From assembly GCA_001889965.1 (NCBI GenBank), contig MOEI01000028.1, positions 1-63,724 on the forward strand: 63,724 bases of DNA. Direction: 5' to 3'. Positions 17,730 to 26,549 of this stretch are shown piece by piece. The DNA is from a bacterium CG10_46_32 (GTDB taxonomy: Bacteria > Patescibacteriota > Patescibacteriia > UBA2169). The notes under the pieces are model-generated. The model did no database searches and had not been told where the DNA came from. It was given only the letters and a program-made list of their open reading frames with translations. The translations under genes and the position numbers were made by a program. Within the stretch, counting starts at the first letter, position 1. Each line of letters begins with the position of its first letter.

Positions 17730-18725
17730 ATGAACATAGCAGTAACCGGATCGCTCGCATACGACCGGATCATGGATTTTAATGATAGATTCCGGAATCA
17801 CATTATTCCGGATAAAATTCACCTGCTGAATGTGTCTTTTGTGTTGGAGCGCTTGGAAGAAAAATTCGGAGGCACAGCCGGCAACATTGCGTACAATCTT
17901 AAATTGCTTGGTTTTGATTCTAAAATTATTGGAAGTGTTGGAAAAGATTTTGAGCGGTATGCTGCATATTTAGTCGGGCAAGGTATTAGCACTGAGCATA
18001 TTAAAATGTACGAAGACGAGTACACTGCAGTCGCAAACATTATTACGGATTTGGACGACAATCAGATCAGCGCGTTCTACCCTGGAGCGTTGTCGCGCGG
18101 GCATGAAGTACATTTACCGCGTAGTTTTGTATCAGGTGATTTTCTAGTAGTAGCACCTTCTTCAAAACAAGAAATCGTCAAGCGGTGCAAAGAAGCGCGT
18201 GACCGAAAGATTCCATACTTGTTTGATCCGGGCCAACAGATGAGCGTGCTTTCTGCGGAAGAGCTTTTGTATTGCGCTGAGGGTTCCGCGATTTCGATTT
18301 TTAATGATTATGAGTGGCAGATGTTCCGGACCAAGACAGGTGTTGAATTGAATGATATAACAAAAAACGAAACCATTGTTGTGGTGACTCAAGGAGCAAA
18401 TGGTTCGATGATCCATTCCAAGCAAGGGAATTTTGCAATCAGTACTGCAAAGCCTCGGGAGGTTGTAGATCCAACCGGCGCCGGAGATGCCTACCGCGCG
18501 GGAATCATTGTTGGATTCATCAGCCAGCGGAGCTGGAAAGAAACCGGCCAGCTTGCTGCGACCATTGCATCGTATGCTATTGAGAAGTATGGCACCCAGG
18601 AGCACCATACTTCAATTGATGAAATAAACGAACGGTATAAAACATCATTTAACGAGCACAGTCCGCTTGATACAGCTCCGGATCCGCGCGAACAAGCAGC
18701 TGACCACGGGGACCGGAGATTTTAA
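17730..18725 (+). CDS. PfkB-family carbohydrate/nucleoside kinase
   Basis: FGGTAGNIAYNL N-terminal motif and DPTGAGDAYRAG C-terminal PfkB signature. Confidence 0.88.
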   Translation: MNIAVTGSLAYDRIMDFNDRFRNHIIPDKIHLLNVSFVLERLEEKFGGTAGNIAYNLKLLGFDSKIIGSVGKDFERYAAYLVGQGISTEHIKMYEDEYTAVANIITDLDDNQISAFYPGALSRGHEVHLPRSFVSGDFLVVAPSSKQEIVKRCKEARDRKIPYLFDPGQQMSVLSAEELLYCAEGSAISIFNDYEWQMFRTKTGVELNDITKNETIVVVTQGANGSMIHSKQGNFAISTAKPREVVDPTGAGDAYRAGIIVGFISQRSWKETGQLAATIASYAIEKYGTQEHHTSIDEINERYKTSFNEHSPLDTAPDPREQAADHGDRRF

Positions 18726-18727
18726 TT

Positions 18728-19738
18728 ATGAAATTACTTATTACCGGAGGAGCCGGGTTTATCGGTTCTAATTTTATCCGCTACCTGTTAAAAAATTATC
18801 CAGACGAAGTGCTCATTAATTTTGACAAGCTTACGTACGCCGGAAATTTGGAGAATCTTAAAGAGTTTGAAGAGGATGCGCGTTACTCTTTTATCAAAGG
18901 AGATGTGTGCGACGCAAATGCGTTTATAGAAGCCGCACAAGGCGTTGATGCGATTGTGCATTTTGCCGCGGAATCGCACGTGGATAGATCCATCCATTCC
19001 GGCCACGAATTTATCCACACCAACGTATTTGGCGCGCAGGTTGTCATCGACGCAGTCAAAGAACTGAAAATCCCCAAAATGATTCTCGTAAGCACGGACG
19101 AAGTGTATGGAGATGTGGATGCTCCAAAAAAATCAAAAGATGGGGATCCGTTTAAGCCATCCAGCCCATATTCCGCATCCAAGGCAGCGGCCGAATCACT
19201 GGCAATCGCGGCAATCCGCACGCATGAGGCGCCCATTATGATTACGCGGTGCACCAACAATTACGGGCCATATCAGTTTCCAGAAAAACTCGTGCCTTTG
19301 TTTATCACTAATCTTATTGAAGGCAAAAAAGTTCCGCTCTACGACGGAGGCACGCAGATTCGCGACTGGCTGTATGTTTCCGACCACTGCAGTGCTATTG
19401 ATTTAGTGTTGCGCAAGGGTACGCTTGGCGAGGCATATGACATTGCCGCGGAAAATGACCCGGAAGTCACGAATAGAGAAATTACAGAAACCGTTCTCGC
19501 ATTGCTCGGTAAAGGTAATGATATGATTGAGCCGGTAAGTGGCTTGCGCCCTGGGCATGATCAGCGGTATGCGGTTGACTCTTCAAAAATCCGTTCCTTA
19601 GGCTGGGAGCCAACTGTCACGCTCAAAGAAGGGCTTGTAAGCACCGTTACATGGTATCAGGATAACGAAGACTGGTGGAAGCGCGTAAAGAGCGGGGATT
19701 ACCAGCACTATTACCAACAGCACTACCAAACATCATGA
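18728..19738 (+). CDS. rmlB: dTDP-glucose 4,6-dehydratase
   Basis: MKLLITGGAGFIGSNF, STDEVYG, YSASKAA (YxxxK), RCTNNYGPYQFPEKL and QIRDWLYV are classic RmlB motifs. Confidence 0.95.
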   Translation: MKLLITGGAGFIGSNFIRYLLKNYPDEVLINFDKLTYAGNLENLKEFEEDARYSFIKGDVCDANAFIEAAQGVDAIVHFAAESHVDRSIHSGHEFIHTNVFGAQVVIDAVKELKIPKMILVSTDEVYGDVDAPKKSKDGDPFKPSSPYSASKAAAESLAIAAIRTHEAPIMITRCTNNYGPYQFPEKLVPLFITNLIEGKKVPLYDGGTQIRDWLYVSDHCSAIDLVLRKGTLGEAYDIAAENDPEVTNREITETVLALLGKGNDMIEPVSGLRPGHDQRYAVDSSKIRSLGWEPTVTLKEGLVSTVTWYQDNEDWWKRVKSGDYQHYYQQHYQTS

Positions 19739-20412
19739 AGCTGCCTCTTATTACTCCTTCTCTGGTAACATACACCAAAGGAAAGCCGGTTTCGCGCGGG
19801 TATATTGATGCGCGCATCCGGGAAATTAATGCATTGGGGCTTAAAGAAATTTCTTTATTTGTGACGGGGTACGAAAAAAAAGGGCGCGACTATGTCCATG
19901 AAAAACTCAAGACCACGGGCATTGTTTCGATTCCGCACGTACATATCCGCGCAGACCAAACTGAGCACGAGGTTCGGCATTATATGGAAACATATGGTAC
20001 GCGCCGCTTTACGACACACTATGAGTATATTCCGTATTTTACAAAATTCAGTGCAGATGTGCGCGCTTGCATTGGCATAGAAAATAATAATGATTTTAAG
20101 CTTGATAAAAAATTGGATCGATTTGGCGGGCTGGTGATTGATCTCTCACATTATGTTGATGTGCGGGAACAAGGCATTGCTCGTGATATTGAACGCGCCC
20201 TCGAACGGCTGCCGGTTTTAGTGAATCACGCGAGCGCGGTGACTGCGGCGAGCGAGTCGCGCCATTTTGCCCGCAGCGTACAGCAATACGCATACCTGCG
20301 TACTATGCCAAAAAAATGTTTTAGCGAGGTGGTGAGTTTGGAGATTGGCAATACTCTTGCCGCGCAATTAAGCTTTATCCCTTTTATTAAAAAGCAACTG
20401 GCACGCGTATGA
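19735..20412 (+). CDS. Hypothetical protein embedded in the rml operon (possible TIM-barrel fold)
   Basis: 225 aa from the ATG that overlaps the rmlB stop (ATGA); its own stop overlaps the rmlD ATG. IGIENNN and IDLSHY faintly recall xylose-isomerase-like/AP-endonuclease-2 barrels. Confidence 0.65.
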   Translation: MKLPLITPSLVTYTKGKPVSRGYIDARIREINALGLKEISLFVTGYEKKGRDYVHEKLKTTGIVSIPHVHIRADQTEHEVRHYMETYGTRRFTTHYEYIPYFTKFSADVRACIGIENNNDFKLDKKLDRFGGLVIDLSHYVDVREQGIARDIERALERLPVLVNHASAVTAASESRHFARSVQQYAYLRTMPKKCFSEVVSLEIGNTLAAQLSFIPFIKKQLARV

Positions 20413-21338
20413 AAACACTTATCATAGGCGCAAAAGGCATGCTCGGCCAGGAGCTTGCAAAAGCATTTACAGAATTCAATCCCACCGTATGGGATGTGAG
20501 CGATATTGATATTACCGACCAATCCCAGGTCAACGAGAAAATGAGCATGCTCGCGCCGGAGCTCATCATCAACGCGGCAGCATACACCAATGTGGACGCA
20601 TGCGAAGAGAACGAGGAGCTTGCCACAAAAGTTAATGGTACTGCAGTAGGGTATCTTGCAAGAGTTGCATCAAACCTTGGCGCGACCTTGGTGCACTATT
20701 CAACGGATTACGTGTTTGATGGAACTCAGCAGGAGGGGTATACAGAACTTGATACGCCGCATCCAATTAATGCCTATGGGCGGTCAAAACTTGCAGGAGA
20801 GCAGGATATACTGTCATTGCGAGGGAGTGAGCAGTACCCTGCGAACGACCGAAGCAATCTTAACGACGAGAATAGGCCTTTTGGTGACGATAAGGTTGCT
20901 TCGTTGGCGAGTACGCCTCCTCGCAATGACAGATGGTACATCATCCGCACCGCATGGCTCTATGGGCACGCAGGGAAAAATTTTGTGGAGACCATGCTTT
21001 CAATGGCTCAAGCGGGTGAGCCATTGAAAGTAGTAGATGACCAGATCGGCTCGCCAACGTACGCGCCGGATTTGGCACAGGCAACTTTTGATCTCGTAAA
21101 AAGTGGTAAACCAGCAGGCATCTATCACCGCACCAACAGCGAAACAATAAGCTGGTACGGATTTGCCAAGGAAATTTTTGAGGTGTATGGTAAGGACGTT
21201 GATTTAGTGCCGTGCGCAACTATGGAATATCCGCGCCCAGCAAAGCGCCCTACGTTTTCGACCTTAGTATCAACAAAGCTTCCTTCGCTTCGTTCGTGGC
21301 AAGAGGCGCTCCGAGAGTACGCGTCATTTCATCATTAA
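20409..21338 (+). CDS. rmlD: dTDP-4-dehydrorhamnose reductase with ~40-aa repeat-derived insertion
   Basis: IIGAKGMLG, INAAAYTNVD, STDYVFDG, YGRSKLAGE, IIRTAWLYG and DQIGSPTY are RmlD motifs. Confidence 0.9.
   Translation: MKTLIIGAKGMLGQELAKAFTEFNPTVWDVSDIDITDQSQVNEKMSMLAPELIINAAAYTNVDACEENEELATKVNGTAVGYLARVASNLGATLVHYSTDYVFDGTQQEGYTELDTPHPINAYGRSKLAGEQDILSLRGSEQYPANDRSNLNDENRPFGDDKVASLASTPPRNDRWYIIRTAWLYGHAGKNFVETMLSMAQAGEPLKVVDDQIGSPTYAPDLAQATFDLVKSGKPAGIYHRTNSETISWYGFAKEIFEVYGKDVDLVPCATMEYPRPAKRPTFSTLVSTKLPSLRSWQEALREYASFHH
20813..20930. repeat. 118-bp GTCATTGCGAGG...CCTCGCAATGAC palindromic element inside rmlD
   Basis: With flanking bases, CTGTCATTGCGAGG / CCTCGCAATGACAG form a 14-bp terminal inverted repeat. 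The internal GAAGCAATCTTA / TAAGGTTGCTTC arms also pair. The rmlD ORF is uninterrupted. Confidence 0.9.
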
Positions 21339-21342
21339 ACTA

Positions 21343-21403
21343 GATCCCTCGACTCGCGAGGAAGCCTGCCCCGAGTATTCCCGAGGGGCTCGCTCGGGAT
21401 GAC
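21343..21403. repeat. Related GTCAT-type repeat fragment (…CTCGCTCGGGATGAC)
   Basis: GATCCCTCGACTCGCGAGG...GGGGCTCGCTCGGGATGAC between rmlD and rmlA. It has the same ...CGCTCG-NNN-ATGAC ending as the other elements. A shorter relative is at 17696..17721 (…TTCGCTCAGGGTGAC). Confidence 0.45.
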
Positions 21404-21414
21404 AGCTATTTTTT

Positions 21415-22140
21415 ATGAAAGGAATTATTTTAGCAGGAGGATCAGGCACAAGGCTTAGTCCGCTCACTAAGGTTACCTCCAAGCAGTTGTTGCCTATCTA
21501 CAATAAGCCAATGATCTATTATCCCCTCGAAACCTTGATGCAAGGTGGGATCACGGAAATTCTTATTATTACCGCGCCAGATAGAGCTGGAGATTTTTTG
21601 CGCTTTCTTGGAAGCGGGAAAGAGCTGGGCGTAAAGTTTACGTACGAAATCCAGGATAATCCTGAAGGCCTGCCTCAGGCGTTTACCATTGGCGAGAATT
21701 TTATCGGCGATGATTCGGTTGCGCTTATCCTTGGGGATAATATTTTTGAAGATGATTTTTCTGAACAGATTAAAGCGTTTAAGAGCGGGGGACAGGTGTT
21801 CGCAAAAAAAGTGCCTGATCCAGAGCGGTTCGGCGTGATCAAGTTTAATGAGGCCAATGTTGCGGAAAAAATCGTAGAAAAGCCAAAAGAGCATTTATCC
21901 GATTACGCGGTAACAGGATTATATCTCTACGACAACCGCGTAGTAGAGGCAGCAAAAAATCTTGCCAAGTCAGCGCGAGGCGAGTACGAAATCGTAGACC
22001 TGCATAATTTTTACCTGCACAAAGGCGAGCTCACGGTGAGTACAGTGAGTGGAGCGTGGCTGGATGCCGGAACCTTTGACTCTCTTTTGGCGGCAAATCT
22101 TTTAATTGCCAAACGGGAAGGATCTCAAGTTCTCTTGTGA
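21415..22140 (+). CDS. rmlA: Glucose-1-phosphate thymidylyltransferase (short form)
   Basis: MKGIILAGGSGTRLSPLT...KQLLPIYNKPMIYYPL N-terminus and LGDNIF motif. Confidence 0.9.
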   Translation: MKGIILAGGSGTRLSPLTKVTSKQLLPIYNKPMIYYPLETLMQGGITEILIITAPDRAGDFLRFLGSGKELGVKFTYEIQDNPEGLPQAFTIGENFIGDDSVALILGDNIFEDDFSEQIKAFKSGGQVFAKKVPDPERFGVIKFNEANVAEKIVEKPKEHLSDYAVTGLYLYDNRVVEAAKNLAKSARGEYEIVDLHNFYLHKGELTVSTVSGAWLDAGTFDSLLAANLLIAKREGSQVLL

Positions 22141-23520
22141 TAAGGCAAGCGTTTGCAGTATTCCATCCCCATCAATAAAAGTGAGGGAATTATTTTGGCT
22201 GCTGTACCTAAGTCCACTCATAGTGTTCGTTCCAGAATAAAGAATAATTGAACGCGGATCATCGAACGAATTCAGCTCGCTTACTCGTAATTCGTTTTCA
22301 ATAGTGTAAAATACATGCCTGCCGTTGCCACTAATCGCTAGCTCGCGGATTTGTTTTGAGTAGCGTGTTACAAGATTGCTGGTTTCTTTTTGGTTTGGGA
22401 GGACAGAAATTGGCGTGGTGAACGTCTGTGTATATATTCCAAATCCATCAGAATACACGAGCGTGTTTCCATCGTCTGTCCAGTATGCGTTTTTAACACC
22501 GGCAATAGAAACTATGGCTTCGTTGGATAGTGGCGGTAATGCCCCAGGATCAATAATACGCAGTGTGTTGGTATCTTGATTTTTAATCGCAATATAGTGT
22601 GAATTTGAAGGAATGAATGTGTCATAGTGCGTTACTAAAATTTCTGGAAGCAAATGCACAGTGTCGCGGTCAGATGGATTGATCCACGCAAGGTATAGTT
22701 TTCCGGATGTATTTTTTGCAATCAGTATGATTCGTTTTTCCTCAACAAGATACTGTGTTACCGGGCCTTCAGCAATCAGATGTTCTGTATGCAATAGATA
22801 GTTGAGGCGCATGAGATCACCGCTATCTGTTGTTCCATAAAGCGTGGTTTTGGAAACAGGATCCCACTGCAGAGAATTAAATGATTTCGTTGAAATATCC
22901 GAAAGGGGAATAATCCGTTCTGGGGATTGCGTGGCTACGATAATAAATTCCTTGTTCCCTTGGGTAGTGTTTCGGTTGAAGAAGAATTGGTCGCGATTTT
23001 TTGACCAAGAAAGCGTAACGCTCGATGCATCGGCACTATTGGCAATAAGCGTATCTTTTTGGTTGAGTGTGTTAAAGAGGCGCAGCGTGTTGTCTTCTGC
23101 GGCATAGGCAAGTAAGGTATGTGATCGGTTCCACCAGTATTGCACCAAAGCATGTTCAGTTATTGCCATGGGTTTTGTATCTTTAAACAATGTGATATGC
23201 TCCTCAAAGGTGGTGACTCGAGGCTGTATTTCTATTTCTTTTTTCCAGGAATAATGCCCTTCTTTTTGGACTAGTAGATTTATTTTCCCAGGTAGTATAG
23301 TATTAATAATTGTTGGGGTGACTTCTTTGTATAATTCGCCATCAAGATAGATTTCAGCGCCCGAAGGATTGGAGCTGATAACTAAGCTTCCTGTTTCAAC
23401 AACTCGGTTATACTGAAAATCATACCGAAATCCAGCCGTATACAAAACAAGCGGCGGAGCCGCGATAAAAAATATAATTATAAATCCAATATAGAGTATT
23501 CGTCTTGTTGTTAGAGTCAT
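22102..23520 (-). CDS. Membrane-anchored PEGA-domain protein with beta-propeller-like C-terminal region
   Basis: N-terminal TM helix. The segment SSNPSGAEIYLDGELYKEVTPTII...LLVQKEGHYSWKKEIEI is PEGA-like. The rest is beta-rich and repeat-like (TolB/WD-like). Confidence 0.8.
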   Translation of the reverse strand: MTLTTRRILYIGFIIIFFIAAPPLVLYTAGFRYDFQYNRVVETGSLVISSNPSGAEIYLDGELYKEVTPTIINTILPGKINLLVQKEGHYSWKKEIEIQPRVTTFEEHITLFKDTKPMAITEHALVQYWWNRSHTLLAYAAEDNTLRLFNTLNQKDTLIANSADASSVTLSWSKNRDQFFFNRNTTQGNKEFIIVATQSPERIIPLSDISTKSFNSLQWDPVSKTTLYGTTDSGDLMRLNYLLHTEHLIAEGPVTQYLVEEKRIILIAKNTSGKLYLAWINPSDRDTVHLLPEILVTHYDTFIPSNSHYIAIKNQDTNTLRIIDPGALPPLSNEAIVSIAGVKNAYWTDDGNTLVYSDGFGIYTQTFTTPISVLPNQKETSNLVTRYSKQIRELAISGNGRHVFYTIENELRVSELNSFDDPRSIILYSGTNTMSGLRYSSQNNSLTFIDGDGILQTLALSQENLRSFPFGN

Positions 23521-24783
23521 ATGTCAACATTTATTATACAGGGAGGTAAAACGCTTTCCGGAGAATGGCGCGTTCAAGGAATGAAGAACGCGGCAACACC
23601 AATACTTGCCGCAACCTTGCTTTCCCGAGATCCATCCACTATTCGAAATATACCGCGAATTAGCGATATTAGCCACATGCTGGCTATTTTAGAGGATCTT
23701 GGAGCACATATTACCTGGCAGGATGAGCATACTGCCACTATTCATACACCAGAAATCAAAAAGCATGAAATGGATTATCTTCTCACAAAGCGCATGCGGT
23801 CATCAGTCTTGTGTATGGGGCCATTACTTGCTTCCCTTGGCCGTGTTCGTATGCCTGAGCCAGGAGGGTGTAATATTGGTAATCGGCCTTTGGATGCTCA
23901 TTTTAAGGCTTTTGAGGCACTTGGAGCATCTATACAGCGAGGAGAAGATGGATACTATACTATAATTGGCGATTTTTTGCAAGCCTCTACTATTAAACTC
24001 ACCGAGCGTTCAGTCACGGCAACAGAAAATGCGCTTATGGCCGCAAGCAGGATTCCTGGGCGCAGCATCATTCAAAACGCGGCTAGCGAGCCACATATTG
24101 TCTGTTTGTGTAACATGCTTTCTGCTATGGGAGCAGAAGTGAGTGGGGCAGGCACCGACGAAATTACCATTCACGGCTCAAAGGATCTCAAGGGGGTTGA
24201 TTTTGAAATTATTCCAGATCAACTTGAGATAGGCACTATTGCGGTGCTTGGAGCGCTCTGTGGCGGAACTATTGTTATTTCGCCTGTGGTCACAAAAGAT
24301 GTTGAAGTGATTCGCCAGAAATTGATTGCTATAGGCGTTTCTGTCCTTGAGTCAGGAAATACCTGGACAGTTTCCTCATCAAAAAATACGCTTAAATCTT
24401 TTTCTATTGAAACAGCTCCGCATCCTGGATTTCCTACTGATTTGCAGGCGCCATTTGGCTTACTTGCCACTCAAGCGAGCGGTGAAAGTATTATTCATGA
24501 TCCCATGTATGAGAACCGGTTAGGGTATATTGAAAAGTTAGTTGATATGGGCGCGGAGGCAGAGATTAAAGATAGCCACACTGCAATTATCAAAGGTAAA
24601 ACTCAGCTTTCTGGAAGCGTTGTTCCTAGCCTGGATTTGCGCGCTGGCGCAACACTGCTCATGGCAGGCTTAGTAGCGCAAGGAGAAACCATTGTTAGTC
24701 AGGCTGAAATTATTGATCGTGGGTACGAGCGAATTGATGAGCGTTTGCGCGCGTTGGGTGCGGACATTAGTCGTGTTGAGTAG
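23521..24783 (+). CDS. murA: UDP-N-acetylglucosamine 1-carboxyvinyltransferase
   Basis: 420 aa. FIIQGGKTLSGEWRVQGMKNAATPILAA N-terminus, GGCNIGNRPLD (catalytic Cys loop) and FPTDLQ. Confidence 0.95.
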   Translation: MSTFIIQGGKTLSGEWRVQGMKNAATPILAATLLSRDPSTIRNIPRISDISHMLAILEDLGAHITWQDEHTATIHTPEIKKHEMDYLLTKRMRSSVLCMGPLLASLGRVRMPEPGGCNIGNRPLDAHFKAFEALGASIQRGEDGYYTIIGDFLQASTIKLTERSVTATENALMAASRIPGRSIIQNAASEPHIVCLCNMLSAMGAEVSGAGTDEITIHGSKDLKGVDFEIIPDQLEIGTIAVLGALCGGTIVISPVVTKDVEVIRQKLIAIGVSVLESGNTWTVSSSKNTLKSFSIETAPHPGFPTDLQAPFGLLATQASGESIIHDPMYENRLGYIEKLVDMGAEAEIKDSHTAIIKGKTQLSGSVVPSLDLRAGATLLMAGLVAQGETIVSQAEIIDRGYERIDERLRALGADISRVE

Positions 24784-24867
24784 TGTTCTATGGTATGGTA
24801 AGATGACTTTTGGAGATCTTAAGAATTTAATGTTTATTTGGCATTTCGATTTTGAGATTTTTTATTT

Positions 24868-26103
24868 ATGTCTTTTTTGAAAAAATTCCAATTTGTTTTT
24901 GTTAGCGTTTTTATTGTTGCTGCCGCGTTTGTTGGCGGTTTTTACCTTGGAAAAGGAGAGAAAGAAGTATTGGTAGTTAATAAAAAAGGTGAACCAATTG
25001 AATCTGGAACCGTCACTATCCGTCCCGATCAGGTAAAAGCCTATTTAGGAAAAGATATTGATTTTGATATTTTTACAACGGTATGGGGCATGCTAAAAAA
25101 GCAGTATGTGGATCAGCCAGTTTCTGAAACTAATCTTTTTTATGGAGCGCTCCAAGGTATGGTTGCGGCGCTTGATGATCCATACTCAGTATTTTTAGAA
25201 CCTCAAGTTTCAGAAGCATTTTCTGATTCACTCAAGGGGCGGTTTGAAGGCATTGGAGCAGAAATCGCAATAAAGCACGATGTGCTCACTGTGGTATCTC
25301 CATTAGATGGATCTCCTGCTAAAAAAGCTGGATTAAAGCCGCGTGATTTAATTGCAAAGATTGATGGCGAATCCACAAAGGATCTTAGTGTGAATGAGGC
25401 CGTAAACCGCATTCGTGGCGAAGGAGGAACCACGGTTATGCTTACTATTGCGCGCGAGGGCGTGGATGCGTTGTTTGATGTGCCCATTGTCCGCGACACT
25501 ATTAACGTTAAGAGCGTTTCTTGGGAAATGAAAGATAATGCAATCGCCTATATCCAGATTCGCAGTTTTAACGAAGACACGTCAACCGCGTTTAAAGCGA
25601 TTCAGCGCGAAGTAATAAGCAAGAATCCCAAAGGAATTATTTTTGATTTGCGCAATAATCCGGGAGGATTTTTGCAGACATCTGTTGATGTGTCGTCTGC
25701 TTGGATAGATAAAAAAGTCGTTGTAAGCGAGCGTTCGGTGGATGGATCTACTACGTACACCGCACAAGGAACGCCGTTGTTGACCGGCATACCTACCGTG
25801 ATTTTAGTAAATGGAGGAAGCGCCTCTGCTTCGGAAATTGTTTCGGGCGCTTTGCAGGATTACAAAATTGCATACATTATTGGTGAACAGACGTTCGGCA
25901 AGGGATCTGTGCAGGTGCTTGAGGATTTACCAGACGGATCCAGCGTCAAGTTTACCGTAGCAAAATGGTTTACTCCGAATGATAGATCTATTAACGAGGA
26001 AGGCATTACTCCCGATGAGGTTATTGAGCTTACTGAAGAGAATTTCAACAACGACGAAGATCCACAGATGGATCGGGCACTTGAGTATCTTAATGCACTA
26101 TGA
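24868..26103 (+). CDS. S41 C-terminal processing peptidase with PDZ domain
   Basis: N-terminal anchor, PDZ segment (GSPAKKAGLKPRDLIAKIDG), DLRNNPGG, and NGGSASASEIVSGALQD with the catalytic Ser. Confidence 0.92.
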   Translation: MSFLKKFQFVFVSVFIVAAAFVGGFYLGKGEKEVLVVNKKGEPIESGTVTIRPDQVKAYLGKDIDFDIFTTVWGMLKKQYVDQPVSETNLFYGALQGMVAALDDPYSVFLEPQVSEAFSDSLKGRFEGIGAEIAIKHDVLTVVSPLDGSPAKKAGLKPRDLIAKIDGESTKDLSVNEAVNRIRGEGGTTVMLTIAREGVDALFDVPIVRDTINVKSVSWEMKDNAIAYIQIRSFNEDTSTAFKAIQREVISKNPKGIIFDLRNNPGGFLQTSVDVSSAWIDKKVVVSERSVDGSTTYTAQGTPLLTGIPTVILVNGGSASASEIVSGALQDYKIAYIIGEQTFGKGSVQVLEDLPDGSSVKFTVAKWFTPNDRSINEEGITPDEVIELTEENFNNDEDPQMDRALEYLNAL

Positions 26104-26549
26104 AAATTATCCTTGTACAGCACGTTTCTAAGCTTGGAAATCCTGGGGATATTTTAGAGGTGGCGCCTGGGTATGGAAGAAATTTTTTAATTGCAAAGGG
26201 GTTTGTGCGGGAAGCAACTCGAGATGTTGTTGTTCGCGTTCAGGCGGTAAAACAGAAAAAATCACGCAAACAGGAGCAAGTCAAAAAAGTACGGAACGAA
26301 CTACATAACGTGCTTTCTGGCCAAGTAATCCTCATACGGGCTTCTGCTAACGAGGAGGGTAATCTTTTTGGAGGTATTGGGCCTAAGGAAATCGTGGAAG
26401 CAATAGAAAAACGGAAAAAAATCCAGGTGGACCCAAAAGCCGTAAACCTGCCTCATCATCTCAAAACTTTGGGGAAACATGAGGTTGTGTTAAGCTTAGG
26501 AGGAAGCGATTCAATAACCATTACTATCAACATTGCGCGCAATGAATAA
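26100..26549 (+). CDS. rplI: 50S ribosomal protein L9
   Basis: MKIILVQHVSKLGNPGDILEVAPGYGRNFLIAKGF is the canonical L9 N-domain. 149 aa. Confidence 0.93.
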   Translation: MKIILVQHVSKLGNPGDILEVAPGYGRNFLIAKGFVREATRDVVVRVQAVKQKKSRKQEQVKKVRNELHNVLSGQVILIRASANEEGNLFGGIGPKEIVEAIEKRKKIQVDPKAVNLPHHLKTLGKHEVVLSLGGSDSITITINIARNE

